DNA from: Hypanus sabinus | Lineage: Eukaryota | Assembly: GCF_030144855.1 (NCBI RefSeq) | Contig: NC_082711.1 | Span: 37,572,001 to 37,636,000, forward strand | DNA length: 64,000 bases | Direction of reading: 5' to 3' | Shown here: positions 12,813-24,800 of the stretch, piece after piece | How the letters are laid out: each line of letters starts with the position of its first letter | Numbering within the stretch: position 1 is the first letter of the stretch | Translations under genes and position numbers: made by a program | The notes under the pieces: generated by a model | The model's database searches: none | Seen by the model: only the letters and a program-made list of their open reading frames with translations | Told to the model about the DNA's origin: nothing

Positions 12813-15800
12813 AGGTTCTCTGCAAAAATAATTTTGTCGTTGCCAATTCTTGGACCACACCTATGCTATGAAAACATAAATGGAGTACACCTGGTTTTCT
12901 TGCATAATCAAGCACGGGAGGAGATACCTTGTGTAAATGAGGAACAAGTGCTGGGTGTATTAGAAATGTTCATGTTTGCGGTATGCTGTTGAGCAAGAAG
13001 TCAGCCACTGAGCAATACTGCAGTGTGAACGGAGAACAGCAAACTTCATGCGTGAATGGAGTAGAGCAAAGCTGAAAGTGATACCAATTCCTGTAACTGT
13101 TATTCACAATAGCTAATTTGATGCTGCTAGTTAAGTCAAAAATCTTCTGACTTTGAGGGCTAAGTGTCAAATCACATGGTGAACTTAGCCCAGTAATCCT
13201 CTAATACGAGCACGTGTCATCACCAATAACTGGACTCAGAACACATGCACATTTACTCCGCAACATACTTTATTCAAGGAGATCAGCATGGCCCCTGTCA
13301 TTACACTGTTCTGAAGTCTGAACAGAGGATTTCCATTTTAGACAGGATTGACCAGCAGTGACGGATATTGAATTCCTTTCTTACAAGATCAATCGCCATT
13401 CAAAATAGAGACATTAAAAGTCAATAAAAAGTACAAGCTGAGAACCATTGATACTTTGAAGGTAGTAAAGCAATTGTCCCTTATTCTGTGTGTGTGCACT
13501 TTCCTTCCTTTTAATTATATTCGTACCTCGTCTCCATAAGCATAAGACACTATGAAAGAGGGAGTTATGCTCTTCAATGACCTTTCTTGCCTAGGTTGCC
13601 TGCACTCTTTATGCGAACTATCCTTGCCTGGACAATAGAACACTTGCCTTACCACAACTTCCACACATGAAATTGCCTAATTTGATTATTTTCATTAATT
13701 GTTAATAAAATATTGTACAGTAAACCATGCCTTTACTTTTATTACTTATTACCCTTATTAAATAACAGGGAAAACCAGGCATATTTTGTTTGTTCCCTTT
13801 ATAGCACCAAAGGTGGCAACATGGCATATTTTAACTCCCCATAGCTACAGTATCGTAATAACACTTGGTTGTGTCAATTACATAATGGCCAGCTCTTCTC
13901 ATTACACATGCAGAGAACATCTGTGCCAGAACTGAAGTCAGCAAAAAGAAGCTGAAAATAGATGAATAATGCGACAGCATACATGCAGCACTGCTGGGAC
14001 ACTACTGTTTAGAAAGCAAACATTGCAAATATTAAAGCTTTGATGTCTAACTTTAATATTATCATGGGATCACAAGGTTCAAGTTTAACTGTTTCTGCTG
14101 GGAGGAATACAGGCACTAAATGGGTTGGACTGGAAATGAAAACTATTTGCATGTAAATCAGAAAGCAAGTCATTCTGTTGGTAAGAACTTTTAAAAACAG
14201 TCCTGGAGACTTGTATAACACCAAGAGAAAATTGATGAATCACCATGTGTACTTGTCTAGGTGAGACCCTTTATCCAGCTGTTTCTTACTTGTTCCCTGG
14301 TATCTTAAACTCTTTCAAGCAATTTCTCTCTTCAACTACATTGTCCTCGGAATTGAGTGTGCAAGAGTACAGTCATGGCAAAATCTCCTTAATTCTCTAT
14401 GGCATTTAAGTCTAAATGTCTGAAGTGTCTTAAAGTGCTTTGAGTGTTGGGGTTGACAGAACTAAACAGAAGAACAGTTCAGCATTGACTAGATGGCTCA
14501 AGGTGCCTGTTTCTGTGCTGAAGTGATCTATAACTCCGTGACTTTAGGTGTGCCTCTGAGTGCACGTAAAGGAGTACAATATCAGAATGGAAGGCCCAAG
14601 GGAGATAAAATGGTGGATGAATTATATTGGACCAGCTGTGACCAATCCCGTTAATAAATTTTAAAAGCCAGTGCAAGGCGAACCACTTTAAAACTGATAC
14701 CAAATTGTCGAAGTGCAGTGAAATCAGCACAGGCAGCTCCAGATACGTTGAAAAAGGTCTCTGGTGGTAGAATCAATGCAGATGACATTAATAGGTATGA
14801 GAATTAAACATTAAATCTTTTGCATACTTGGTGAATGCTGTTTAAAACGATTGAAAAAAAATGCAAGTATTCTTGTACATCAAATGCTGAAAATAAACAG
14901 AACAGCAATCAACAGAGGCAAAAGTATATTGAACACCATAATCTGCTCAATATTCTGTAAGGCAACAATTGATGCCTAGTGCTTTTCTTTGACCACTAAT
15001 GAATTTTCATAATTCATTATTCCATGTCAGGAAATTCTTCATCTGGAAAGTGATCAATGGAGATCAAAATTTTTAAAACATATTAATAACAGCAGAATGA
15101 TAACTGAGAATGATTACTTTCTGTGTGGATGAAATAAGTTACAAGACATAAACTCCCAAATCATGATCTTATCATTCCTTTTAATGCCTTCCCTTTAAGG
15201 GATGCAGTGAAAAAGGAGGCAACACCCTTTCGTAAGGACTGCTTGGGGTAAAGTGGCAGTACAAAACAGTAATTATTGTTATCTGAATTATTTGACAGCT
15301 GAAGAAATTGCCAGCTGAATTATCTCTGTACTCCACATTTATGCAACAGCAGTACAACTTCACCACATGCAGCTGCACCCATTAGAGTGAGCCTGTCTAA
15401 TGCTTTCTTAAGACAACTAATATTTATGCATAGTAAGCAAATGTTGGAAATAAGCTCAGGGTACATTCACTATGAGCCAAATACTCATTTCTATACTCTT
15501 GCACCCTTGATTTGTAAGGAATAGCCAGCACTTTGGCAATTTTCTTTTGGTGGCAGGGATATGACCAACCTTAACTTATTCTAAGAGATTCACCATAAAA
15601 CTTGACAACCGAAAGAAACAAACCAAAAGCTCCAGGCTTGATCTGCTCATTAATATTATTTCTGTTTCTGAATTGCTCAACCACTCAAGCACTTTGTCAT
15701 TCTACAATGTGTAGCCCTTTCTCCAAGCACTGCTGGTTTAGTCACAGGAATGTGTTGTAGCAGCATAACTGCTGCATAAATAAGTATGAGTCAAAAAATA

Positions 15801-16242
15801 ATAACAGAGAAGTTGGTGAGCTTGATCCCAAAGACCTGACACTTTACTTCAGAAGGTTCTGAAAGAGATAGCTATAGAGGTAGTTGATGACAAATAGAGC
15901 AGAAGTAGGCCATCTGACCCGTCAAGCCTGCTCCACCATTCAATAAGATCATGGCTCATCTGGTCATGAACTCTTCTCCACCTACCTGCCTCTTCCCCAT
16001 AACCTTTGATTCCCCTACTATGCAAAAATCTATCCAATCTTGTCTTAAATATATTTACTGAGGTAGCATCCACTGCTTCATTGGGCAGAGAATTCCACAG
16101 ATTCACCACTCTCTGGGAAAAGCAGTTCCTGTTCATCTCCGTCCTAAATTAACTCCCCTGAATCTTTGAGGCTATGTCCCCTAGTTCTACGCACAACACG
16201 CTGGAGGAACTCAGCAGGTCGGGCAGCATCCGTGGAAACAAA

Positions 16243-16281
16243 CAGTCAACGTTTTTAGGCCAAGACCCTTCGTCAGGACTG
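16243..16281 (-). ncRNA. Decayed minimal hammerhead, inverted-arm copy
   Basis: CAGTC-CTGACGA-A-GGG-TCTTGG-CCT-AAAAA-CGTT-GACTG. Confidence 0.6.
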
Positions 16282-16889
16282 AAGAGAGAGGGGGCAGGGG
16301 CCCTATAAAGAAAGTGGGGGAGGGTGGGAAGGAGAAGGCTGGAAGGTGCCAGGTGAAAAACCAGTAAGGGGAAAGATCAAGGGGTGGGGGAGCAGGGAGG
16401 GGATAGGCAGGAAAGGCTCTGCCTGCCATAACAGACAGGATCTCCCGGTTGCCACCTACTTCAACTCTGCTTCACATTTCCATTTGGAAATGTCCAAACA
16501 TGGCCTCCTCTACTGCCATGATGAGGCCAAACTCAGGTTGGAGGAGCAACACCTCATATACCACCTGGGTAGTCTCCATCCACGTGGCACGAACATTGAA
16601 TTCTCCAACTTCCTTCCCTAATTCCCTCCCCCTCCCTTCCCCCATTCCAGTTTCACTCTGTCTCCTCCTCCAGCTGCCTATCACCTCCCTCATGATTCCG
16701 CCTCTTTCTACTACCCATAGTGCTTTCCCCTTAGATTCCTTCTTCACCTTTCCTGCCTATCCCCTCCCTGCTTCCTCTTCCCCACCCCTTGATCTTTCCC
16801 CTTACTGGTTTTTCACCTGGCACCTACCAGCTTTCTCCTTCCCAACCTCCCCCCAACCTTCTTTATAGGGCCCCTGCCCCCTCCCTCTT

Positions 16890-16927
16890 CAGTCCTGATG
16901 AAGGGTCTCGGCCCAAAACATTGACTG
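16890..16927 (+). ncRNA. Decayed minimal type-I hammerhead ribozyme in PLE repeat
   Basis: CAGTC-CTGATGA-A-GGG-TCTCGG-CCC-AAAA-CATT-GACTG: stems I and II intact; GAAA and ACGT altered by CpG-type changes. Confidence 0.65.
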
Positions 16928-17857
16928 TTTGTTTCCACGGATGCTGTCCGACCTGCTGAGTTCCTCCAGCGTGTTGTGTGTGTTGCTATGACCCCAGCAT
17001 TTGCAGTGTATTTTGTGTGTCCCCCTAGTTCTAGTCTCACCAACCAGAGGAACCAACTTTCCTGCCCTATCTTATCTGTACCCTTCACAATTTTATTTGC
17101 TTCCATAAGATCTCCTTTCATTCTTCTGAATCCTAGTCAGTACAGTCCCAGGCGACTCATCTCTCCTCATAATCTAACCCCCTCATCTCTGGGATCAACC
17201 TGGTGAACCTCCTCTGCACCGCCTCTAATGCCAGCATATCCTTCCTCAAGGAAGGAGACCAGAACTGCACACAGTACTCCAGGTGCGGCCTCACCAGTAC
17301 CCTGTATAGTTGCAGCATAACCTCCCTGCTCTTAAATTCAATCCCTCTAGCAATGAAGGCCAACATCACATTTGCTTTCTTGATAGCCTGCTGCACCTGC
17401 AAATTTGCGATTCATGCACAAGCACTCCCAAGTCCCTCTGCACAACAGCATGCTGCAATGTTTTACCATTTAAATAATAACCTGTTCTTTCATTTTTCCT
17501 TCCAAAGTGGATGACCTCCCATTTACAAACATCGTATTCCATCTGCCAGACCCTGGCCCACTCACTTAATCATCTTCCAGCGTTCTGTAGTTGCTGGAAA
17601 TGTTGTGTAGAATTGGAGGAAACAGAAGTAAGCCTACGATTTGAAAAGTGAAGGAGCAAGAAAATCAGGAATCATTGACCTGCTAGCCTAATATCCGTGA
17701 TAGGGAAAATTCTGGAATCAAAAATGAAAATAGCTTGTGACTCAGCAGAGCCAACGTGGATTTATGAAAGGAAAGCCACATTTGACTAATATACCGGAGT
17801 TCTTTGACAGGGAAAAATCTCATGGCTGTGGTTATTTGACTTTTCAGAAATCAGCGG

Positions 17858-18465
17858 GTGAACAGCTTCCTTGGTACACACATCCCCAAGGATACTGGCT
17901 GTGTGGTGAAAAAAGCATCTCCTGCACCTCAGACAGTTAAAGAAGTTTGGTATGGGCCCCCAAATCCTGAGAACTTCATACAGGGGCACAGATGAGAGCA
18001 TCCTGACTGGCTGCATCACTGCCTGGTGTGGGAACTGTACCTCCCTCAACTGCAGGACTCTGCAGAGAGTGGTGTGGACAGCCCAGCGCATCTGTAGATG
18101 TGAAATTCCCACTATTCAGGACGTTTTCAAAGACAGATGAGTCAAAAGTACCTGAAGGATCATTGGGGACCTGAGTCACTCCAACCACAAACTGTTCCAG
18201 CTGCTACCATCTAGGAAACAGTCCCACAGCATTAAAGCCAGGACCAACAGGCTCCAGGACAGCTTCTTCCACCAGACCATCAGACTGATTGATTCATGCT
18301 GATACAATTGTATTTCTATGTTATATTGACTGTCCTGTTGTACAGATTATTTATTATAAATTACTATAAATTGCACATTGCACACTTAGACGGAGACATA
18401 ATTGTAAAGATTTTTACTCCCCGTGTCTGTGAAGAATGTAAGTAATAAAGCTAATTCAATTCAAG
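17858..18465 (+). mobile_element. Rex/Babar LINE 3' end
   Basis: YRGTDESILTGCITAWCGNC..LQRVVWTAQRI; AATAAA..(TTCAA)n tail. Confidence 0.8.
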
Positions 18466-18845
18466 TTCAGAATTAGAATCAGATTTATTATCACTGACTT
18501 AGATGATGTGAAATCTGTTGTTCTGCGGTAGGAGGACTGTGCAGAGACGGAGAATGACTACAGATAAAAAAACAAATAAATCATAAAAGCAGAATACTGA
18601 AATAGTGCTCATTACTTCATAGACCACTCAGAAGTTTGATGGTGGATCAGAAGAAGTTGTTTCTAAATCAATGAGCATGGGTCTTAAAGGCTCCTGTACC
18701 TAATCCCCACTGGTGGTCATGAGAAGAGGCCATGTTCCAGATGGTGAGGGCCCTTGGTGGTGGATGCCACCCTCCTGAGGCACTGCCTCTTTGCCTCAGT
18801 GGTGAGGTGAGTTATGCCCGTGATGGAGATGGCTGAGTCAACAAA
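18466..18845 (-). mobile_element. Rex/Babar LINE 3' end, tail-to-tail with the previous copy
   Basis: Starts AGAATTAGAATCAGATTTATT; contains GGCTCCTGTACC..GAGAAGAGG shared with 35125-35165 and 62078-62120. Confidence 0.65.
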
Positions 18846-19049
18846 CCATACACAAAGAAGGTCGGCAAGATTAGACCAGACCAAATTGGGCTGATGTCCT
18901 GACGTGGACTGAGAATTGGTTGTAGAACAGAAAGCAAAGAATGGGAATTAATGCATCCTTCTTAGTTGCCAGACTGTGACCAAGGCAGTGTCATAGGATC
19001 AGTGCTTGGTATTTCTTTTCGTAATCTAGTGAATGGTGTCATGACACAA

Positions 19050-19890
19050 CTTTTCCCTCAATGTTGGCAAAACAAAAGAGCTGATCACTGACTTTGGGAA
19101 GGGGGCTGGTCCACATGTTTCTGTTTTTGTCAATGGTGCTGGGATCAAGAGAGATGAGTTTCAAGTCCCTAGAAGAGAACATCACCAATGGCCTGTCCTG
19201 CTTCAACCATGTAGACACTACAATCAGGAAAGCTTACCAGTATCTCTAATTGATCAGGGGGCTAAGGAAATCTGGCATGTGCTCTCTGACCCCCACCAGT
19301 TTTTATCAATGTACTGAAGAAAGCACACTATTTAGATGCATCACAGTTTGGAATGACTACTGCTCTGCCAGAGGCTACAAGAAACTGCAGAGAGTCCCGC
19401 TCTGCACGTCACGGAAACCAACCTCCCCTCCATGTTCTCTCTCTACATGTCTCACTGCCTCGATAAAGCAGCCAAAAATTTAAAGATTCTCCCCTCCACC
19501 ACCACCTGTGTATGATGCCTCCATATGTTACTGGGCAGGGCGAAAAGCATTATCAAGGATGCATCTCATCCTAACCATGGACTTTTTACTCTCCTCCCAT
19601 CCGGTAGGCACTACAGGAGCCTCCGCTCCTGCACCAGCAGGCACAGGAAGAGCTTCTTCCCTGGGGCTGTGACCCTGCTGAACCTCACATCACAGCAATA
19701 AACGGTATTGCACCCATATTGTACTGTCTCAGTACTTTTATATTTGTGTGCTGTAGCACTTACTTTTAATTTCCATTTATTTTGTAAATAACACTATTCT
19801 TTGCATTTCTGGTTAGATGCTAACAGCATTTCATTTGGCTTTGTATCTGTACTTGGCACAATGACAATAAAGTTGAATCTAATCTAATCT
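19050..19890 (+). mobile_element. Two Rex/Babar 3' fragments
   Basis: KTKELITDF, FYQCTEESTL..KKLQRV; second copy ends AATAAAGTTGAATCT(AATCT)n. Confidence 0.7.
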
Positions 19891-20235
19891 AATATTGCAT
19901 CCTAGCTGTCTAGATACACAAGCCTGGGCAGTACAAATTGGAGAGCAAGCTGTTGCCCATATAGCAAGCTCCCCCTCTCCATGTATCTGATGAACCCAAA
20001 GGAATGGCAGAGACCGATACAGTTTGGTGCCAGCAACATCGCAGGAGTTGCCAGTCAGCATTGCGCTCGATGTAGCACTACCTTGGGCACTCCAGCTCCA
20101 GATTTTTCCCTCGTTTACTCCCGAAGCCTTCCTCATAGTGGGTACAGAGGTTAATTGAGGCACATGCCATTGGGAGTACTTAATAGGTAGTGGGAGCTTG
20201 TCCCCATTACAACCCCCGGCGATAACAACCTTAAT
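19890..20235 (-). mobile_element. GC-rich SINE-like or RTE-5'UTR-related element
   Basis: Abrupt GC-rich insert between Rex/Babar pieces; resemblance to RTE leaders from memory only. Confidence 0.35.
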
Positions 20236-20354
20236 GAACCCCTCCCTCCCCACCTCCACCACTGTGGACATTTACAGACAATTCAGTGAAATGACAGCCC
20301 TCTGAAAGTACCTACGCTCTGGGGTAGAACAAACCTGAGACCAACCATCTTTTC

Positions 20355-20830
20355 AAAATTCAGGTTTATTTGTCATTCAACCATACATGAATTCAGCCAA
20401 ACAAAACAGCATTCCTCCAGGGCCAAAATGCAAAGCACAGTACCAACAGCCGAATCTGCCAGCTTGTCTTCCGCCAGGCAAACGCTGGGGGCAGGACCAA
20501 CTCCAGCTTGGATGTAGCGCCACATTCCCTCCAACACCCCTCTCCTGAGGGGCAACATTGCAGCTTGAGGCCTACTCCTTGCTTTGACTGATGGCACACT
20601 GCTGTCTGCCAAGAAATCACTGAATCAGACTTGCAACGTTCCACATTAACTATGTCCAACAGGACCTTACAATAGTAAGAAAAGTGACTAAGCCAATCAC
20701 TGGCTGTTAGACTGCACACCTCCTTCGCAGACTGCAGACTCCTCCAATGCTTCTCTGACACAGACAGCAGCATGATCTGCACCAACTCCTTCAGTTTCTC
20801 TGCCAATGAGATGATGGTATGGACCTGCTG
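20355..20830 (-). mobile_element. Unclassified non-autonomous retroelement
   Basis: Starts TTCAGGTTTATT (tail); similar to 11566-12190. Confidence 0.35.
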
Positions 20831-20989
20831 TACTTTAAGTTCTTAATGTTTAGCAGGATCTTGGATCATAAAAAAGTACGTTAAAAAAAGACAGTAACAC
20901 CTTTGCTTGATCCAGTAGAAGCAGCTGCAATCAAACGTGCCACCATCTTACCTTGGTAGCCTGAACTATGCTCTTCCTGTTGAATTACC

Positions 20990-21288
20990 CATTTCAAACA
21001 AAAAGACATGATTTGAGAGTTAGGGGGCAAAAGTTTAGGGGTAACACAAGGGGGAATTTCTTTACTCAGAGAGTGGTAGCTGTGTGGAATGAGCTTCCAG
21101 TAGAAGTGGTAGAGGCCGGTTCGGTATTGTCATTTAAAGTAAAATTGGATAGGTATATGGGCAGGAAAGGAATGGAGGATTATGGGCTGAGTGCGGGCCA
21201 GTGGGACTAGGTGAGTGTAAGCGTCGGCATGGACTAGAAGGGCAGAGATGGCCTGTTTCCATGCTGTTATTGTTATATGGTTATATGT
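20990..21288 (+). mobile_element. Young CR1 3' end, same subfamily as 58972-62036
   Basis: HDLRVRGQKFRGNTRGNFFTQRVVAVWNELPVEVVEA is nearly identical to the 59062-59715 ORF; GTTATATG tail. Confidence 0.9.
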
Positions 21289-21639
21289 CACTCATCTCTT
21301 TGACCATTACTTTAACATGGTTGGTATTCCTTTTATCTAACTAACACTCCTGAAAGCCCCAGTCTTGTAATTAGCATGACACTTAAAATGTAATGAATCT
21401 GTCTCATGAAAGGTAGAATGGCAATTGACCACTGTAATGAGAGGACATGAGGCCCCTCCATATTGGAAGTTAGAAGAGGCTTGTAAAATCTTTGGGACTA
21501 TTTCATACTTATACTTCCAACACAGAGTTTCACAGAATGAAAATAAGCCTTTTGGCCCAACTTGCCAATGCCAAACAAGTTGTCAAAACATCATCTCCTC
21601 CAAGGGAGCTAAAACAGTCACGTGTACCAGCCCTTGGTA

Positions 21640-21780
21640 AACACACACAAAATGCTGGAGAAACTCAGGAGGTCAGGCAACATCTCAATCCAAAATATTG
21701 ACTGCTAATTTCTCTACATAGATGCTGCCAGACCTGTTGAGTTCAACAGTTTTGCATGTGTTTCTCCAGATTTCCATTAT
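21640..21780. mobile_element. Miniature inverted PLE remnant
   Basis: ACACAAAATGCTGGAGAAACTCAG..GCAACATC / GATGCTGCCAGACCTGTTGAGTT inverted arms. Confidence 0.6.
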
Positions 21781-22228
21781 TTCTTGAGCCCCCTGGTTAA
21801 CTCCTGATTCTATCCCACTTGTTCTGCAATAGGGAGGCAAATTTGTTTGTCAGAGTATAGTTGGGTGATGTGACTGTCATCCTTAAATTATTGGTAGCAG
21901 GTGCAGTTTATGAAAGATTTGTGCAGGGTGTGTTACAATGTTAAATTTCCTGTATGTGTATAAGAGGGTTGTATGTTAGCTTTCAAACGACATTAATAAG
22001 GCTTTGTGATAGATCAGTGCAGATGGTGGACTGAGGCCAGTGGGGCAATGGTCAGGACATGGGATATGGAGAAGCATTCATTGATCTTGACTGCTCATGT
22101 GAGGTATTTGATTTTCTTGTAACATTGCTTGAAGTCAAGGAATGTGCCTTTTCTTTTCTGTTTGAAAGATGGAGTTGGAAGATTTCTTGCTCCTTGTGAA
22201 TATTGGACAAATCTTACCCTTCATATTT

Positions 22229-22822
22229 CAATAGACAATAGACAATAGGTGCAGAAGTAGACCATTCAGCCCTTCGAGCCTGCACCGCCATTCTGAGATC
22301 ATGGCTGATCATCTACTATCAATACCCAGTTCCTGCCTTGTCCCCATATCCCTTGATTTCCCTATCCATAAGATACCTATCTAGCTCCTTCTTGAAAGCA
22401 TCCAGAGAACTGGCCTCCACTGCCTTCCGTGGCAGTGCATTCCAGACCCCCACAACTCTCTGGGAGAAGAAGTTTTTCCTTAACTCTGTCCTAAATGACC
22501 TACCCCTTATTCTCAAACCGTGCCCTCTGGTACTGGACTCTCCCAGCATCTGGAACATATTTCCTGCCTCTATCTTGTCCAATCCCTTAATAATCTTATA
22601 TGTTGCAATCAGATCCCCTCTCAATCTCCTTAATTCCACCGTGCACAAGCCCAGTTTCTCTAACCTCTCTGCGTAAGACAGTCCGGACATCCCAGGAATT
22701 AACCTTGTGAATCTATGCTGCACTTCCTCTATAGCCAGGATATCCTTCCTTAACCCTGGAGACCAAAACTGTACACAATACTCCAGGTGTGGTCTCACCA
22801 GGGCCCTGTACAATGCAAAAGG
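22229..22822 (-). mobile_element. Young CR1 3' end with open ORF2 C-terminus
   Basis: About 165 uninterrupted codons LYRALVRPHLEYC..GYGDKAGTGY; (CAATAGA)n tail. Confidence 0.92.
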
Positions 22823-23659
22823 ATTTCCTACCCGAAGGTCTTCAGTACAGTATTTGGAACATGGGAGCCCACCATCACTTAAGTTGTCCAATATTTTGCA
22901 ACCCCTTAAGTCGGATTAATTTATAGAACTGCCATGATGATAAACTTGTTTAACGTAGTGGTCAGATCACTAGTGGAGCAGTGTGCACTTCACATTTCAA
23001 CGAGGATACGTGAAGGAGGAGCAGAACACAGCATAATGAAGGATCCTGAGTGTAAAATGGCTGAGCAATGGGGAACAGATGGATAGGTTGAGCTCTGTAA
23101 TCTAGAGAGAAGAATGGGGGGGTGGGGTCAGCAGTTTAACACAATTCACAAGGAGAAACAGGTCAGTAAGAAAACAGAACATAAATTAAAGGTGGTGAAA
23201 GTTGAGTATTTCAGAAATAGGTATTTAAAGACAACAAACCTTTGGAATAACTCAACAGGAGTGCAGTTATAAACTTAAAAAAATATGGAAGTACTCAGCA
23301 ACAGTGAGCATCTATGAAGAGACAAGAAAGAAATAGACTTAATGTCTCATGAAATTTGCTGTGGATAAATACAAGCATCCTTTTTTGAGGTGGCTGTGAT
23401 TCCAGCCAGTAGAAAGATTCTTACTGATTTCCATGTCTTCAGCTTTACTGGGAAAGCCATTCTTATACAGTTTCTGCCTGAAGTAAAGAGCATTCAATCA
23501 CACCTATTCCCTTGAACTCATCTCTGTTTTTCAGTACACAAACTGCAGTGAGACATGGAGCAAGATGTTCTCAAGCCACAGAGCCTCTCCTGGACTCAGT
23601 TGACTGTTTCTTGGTGTCACATGGGGGGTATCATTTTGGCCGATGTCCAGCTTTCATAA

Positions 23660-24800
23660 TGACCATAGAACATGGAGCAGACAGCATTAGAACAGGCCCT
23701 TCAGCCCACTACGACTGTGCCCACCATGATACCAAACTAATTAATCCCATCTACAAGCAAATAGTCTCTATCCTTCCATTCCCTGCCTATTCGTTGTCTA
23801 TCTAAATGCCTCTTAAGCACTGCTATTACATCTGCTTCTACCACATCCCCAGGTACCTACCATTCTATGTAAAAAAAAACAGAAGCACACACCTCCTAAA
23901 ATCTTTTTCTCTTCTCACCTTGAACCTCTTGTTTCTAGTTTCTATACTGGACATTTCCACTGTGGGGGAAAAAGACTCTGAATTTCTGCCATATCTATAT
24001 ATCTCATCATTTTATAAATCTCTATCAGATTGCCCTCAGGCTCCAAAGCTAGAGAAAACAATCCAAGTTTTTCCAACCTCTCCTTCTAGCTAATGCTCTC
24101 TAATCTTGGCAATATTCCTACAAACCTCTTCTGCACCCTCTCAAAGCCTTCACATTCTTCCCATAAAGAAGCCACCAGGACTGTAAACTATACTCCAAGC
24201 ATGACCTATCTAAAGGCTTTTACAGCTAAAACATAAATTATCAACTCCCATACTCAGTTCCCCAATCTATGAAGGAAATTATAGTTTCAATTTTCTTTAT
24301 CACCCTTTGTTTATACTTGTGTTGCCACTTTCAGGGAACCAAGGACTTGAATCCCAAGATCTTTCAAGTTCTAAGGGCCTTGCCACTTACCATATTATGT
24401 TTGATCTCCCAAAATGCAACACCTCATGCGCTTCTGGATTCAATTCATTTTTCACCCATATATCCAATTTATCTATATTCTGTTGTATCCTTTAACAGTC
24501 TTCCTCACTATCCATAATGCCACCAATTTTGGTTTGTCTACAAATTTACTAATTATACTACCTACATTTTTCATCCACATCATCCATGTACTGTATATCA
24601 CAAAAAACAGAAGTTCCAGTGTATTGAGCCCTGCCAACTACCACTGGTCACAGACCACCAGTCATAAAGACTTCTCGACCATTAGTCTCTGCTTTCAATG
24701 ATCAAGCCAGCTTTGTATCCCATTTAACAACGCACAGTGAATCCCGTGTGACTGAATCATCTCAAGCAGCCTGCCACAAGTGTTTCACTGAACTCTACAC
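23660..24800 (-). mobile_element. Old CR1 3' portion
   Basis: CATAGAACAT..ACAGGCCCTTCAGCCCA tail and decayed RT sequence. Confidence 0.7.

Larger units (their letters stand above)
16190..17021 (+). mobile_element. Penelope-like element (PLE): GIY-YIG C-terminal fragment between inverted pseudo-LTRs
   Basis: DLPVATYFNS..RLEEQHLIYHLGSLHPRGTNIEF; about 225-bp inverted arms at 16191-16416 and about 16747-16980; TSD CCCCTAGTTCTA at 16178-16189 and 17022-17033. Confidence 0.85.
15890..17570 (-). mobile_element. CR1 3' portion interrupted by a Penelope-like element
   Basis: LYRVLVRPHLEYCVQFWSP, NCFSQRVVNLWNSLP. Confidence 0.88.
17575..19040 (+). mobile_element. Old CR1 fragment split by two Rex/Babar copies
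   Basis: QQSQRGFMKGKPHLTNIPEFFD before 17858; RT resumes at about 18845 (..GGATCAGTGCTTGG). Confidence 0.6.

Noticed and set aside
12682-12992. ORFs with RERE/SLSL runs
   Set aside because: Translation of the (CT)n microsatellite.
19960-20060. CTGATGA motif in the GC-rich element
   Set aside because: No GAAA partner or stem II closure.
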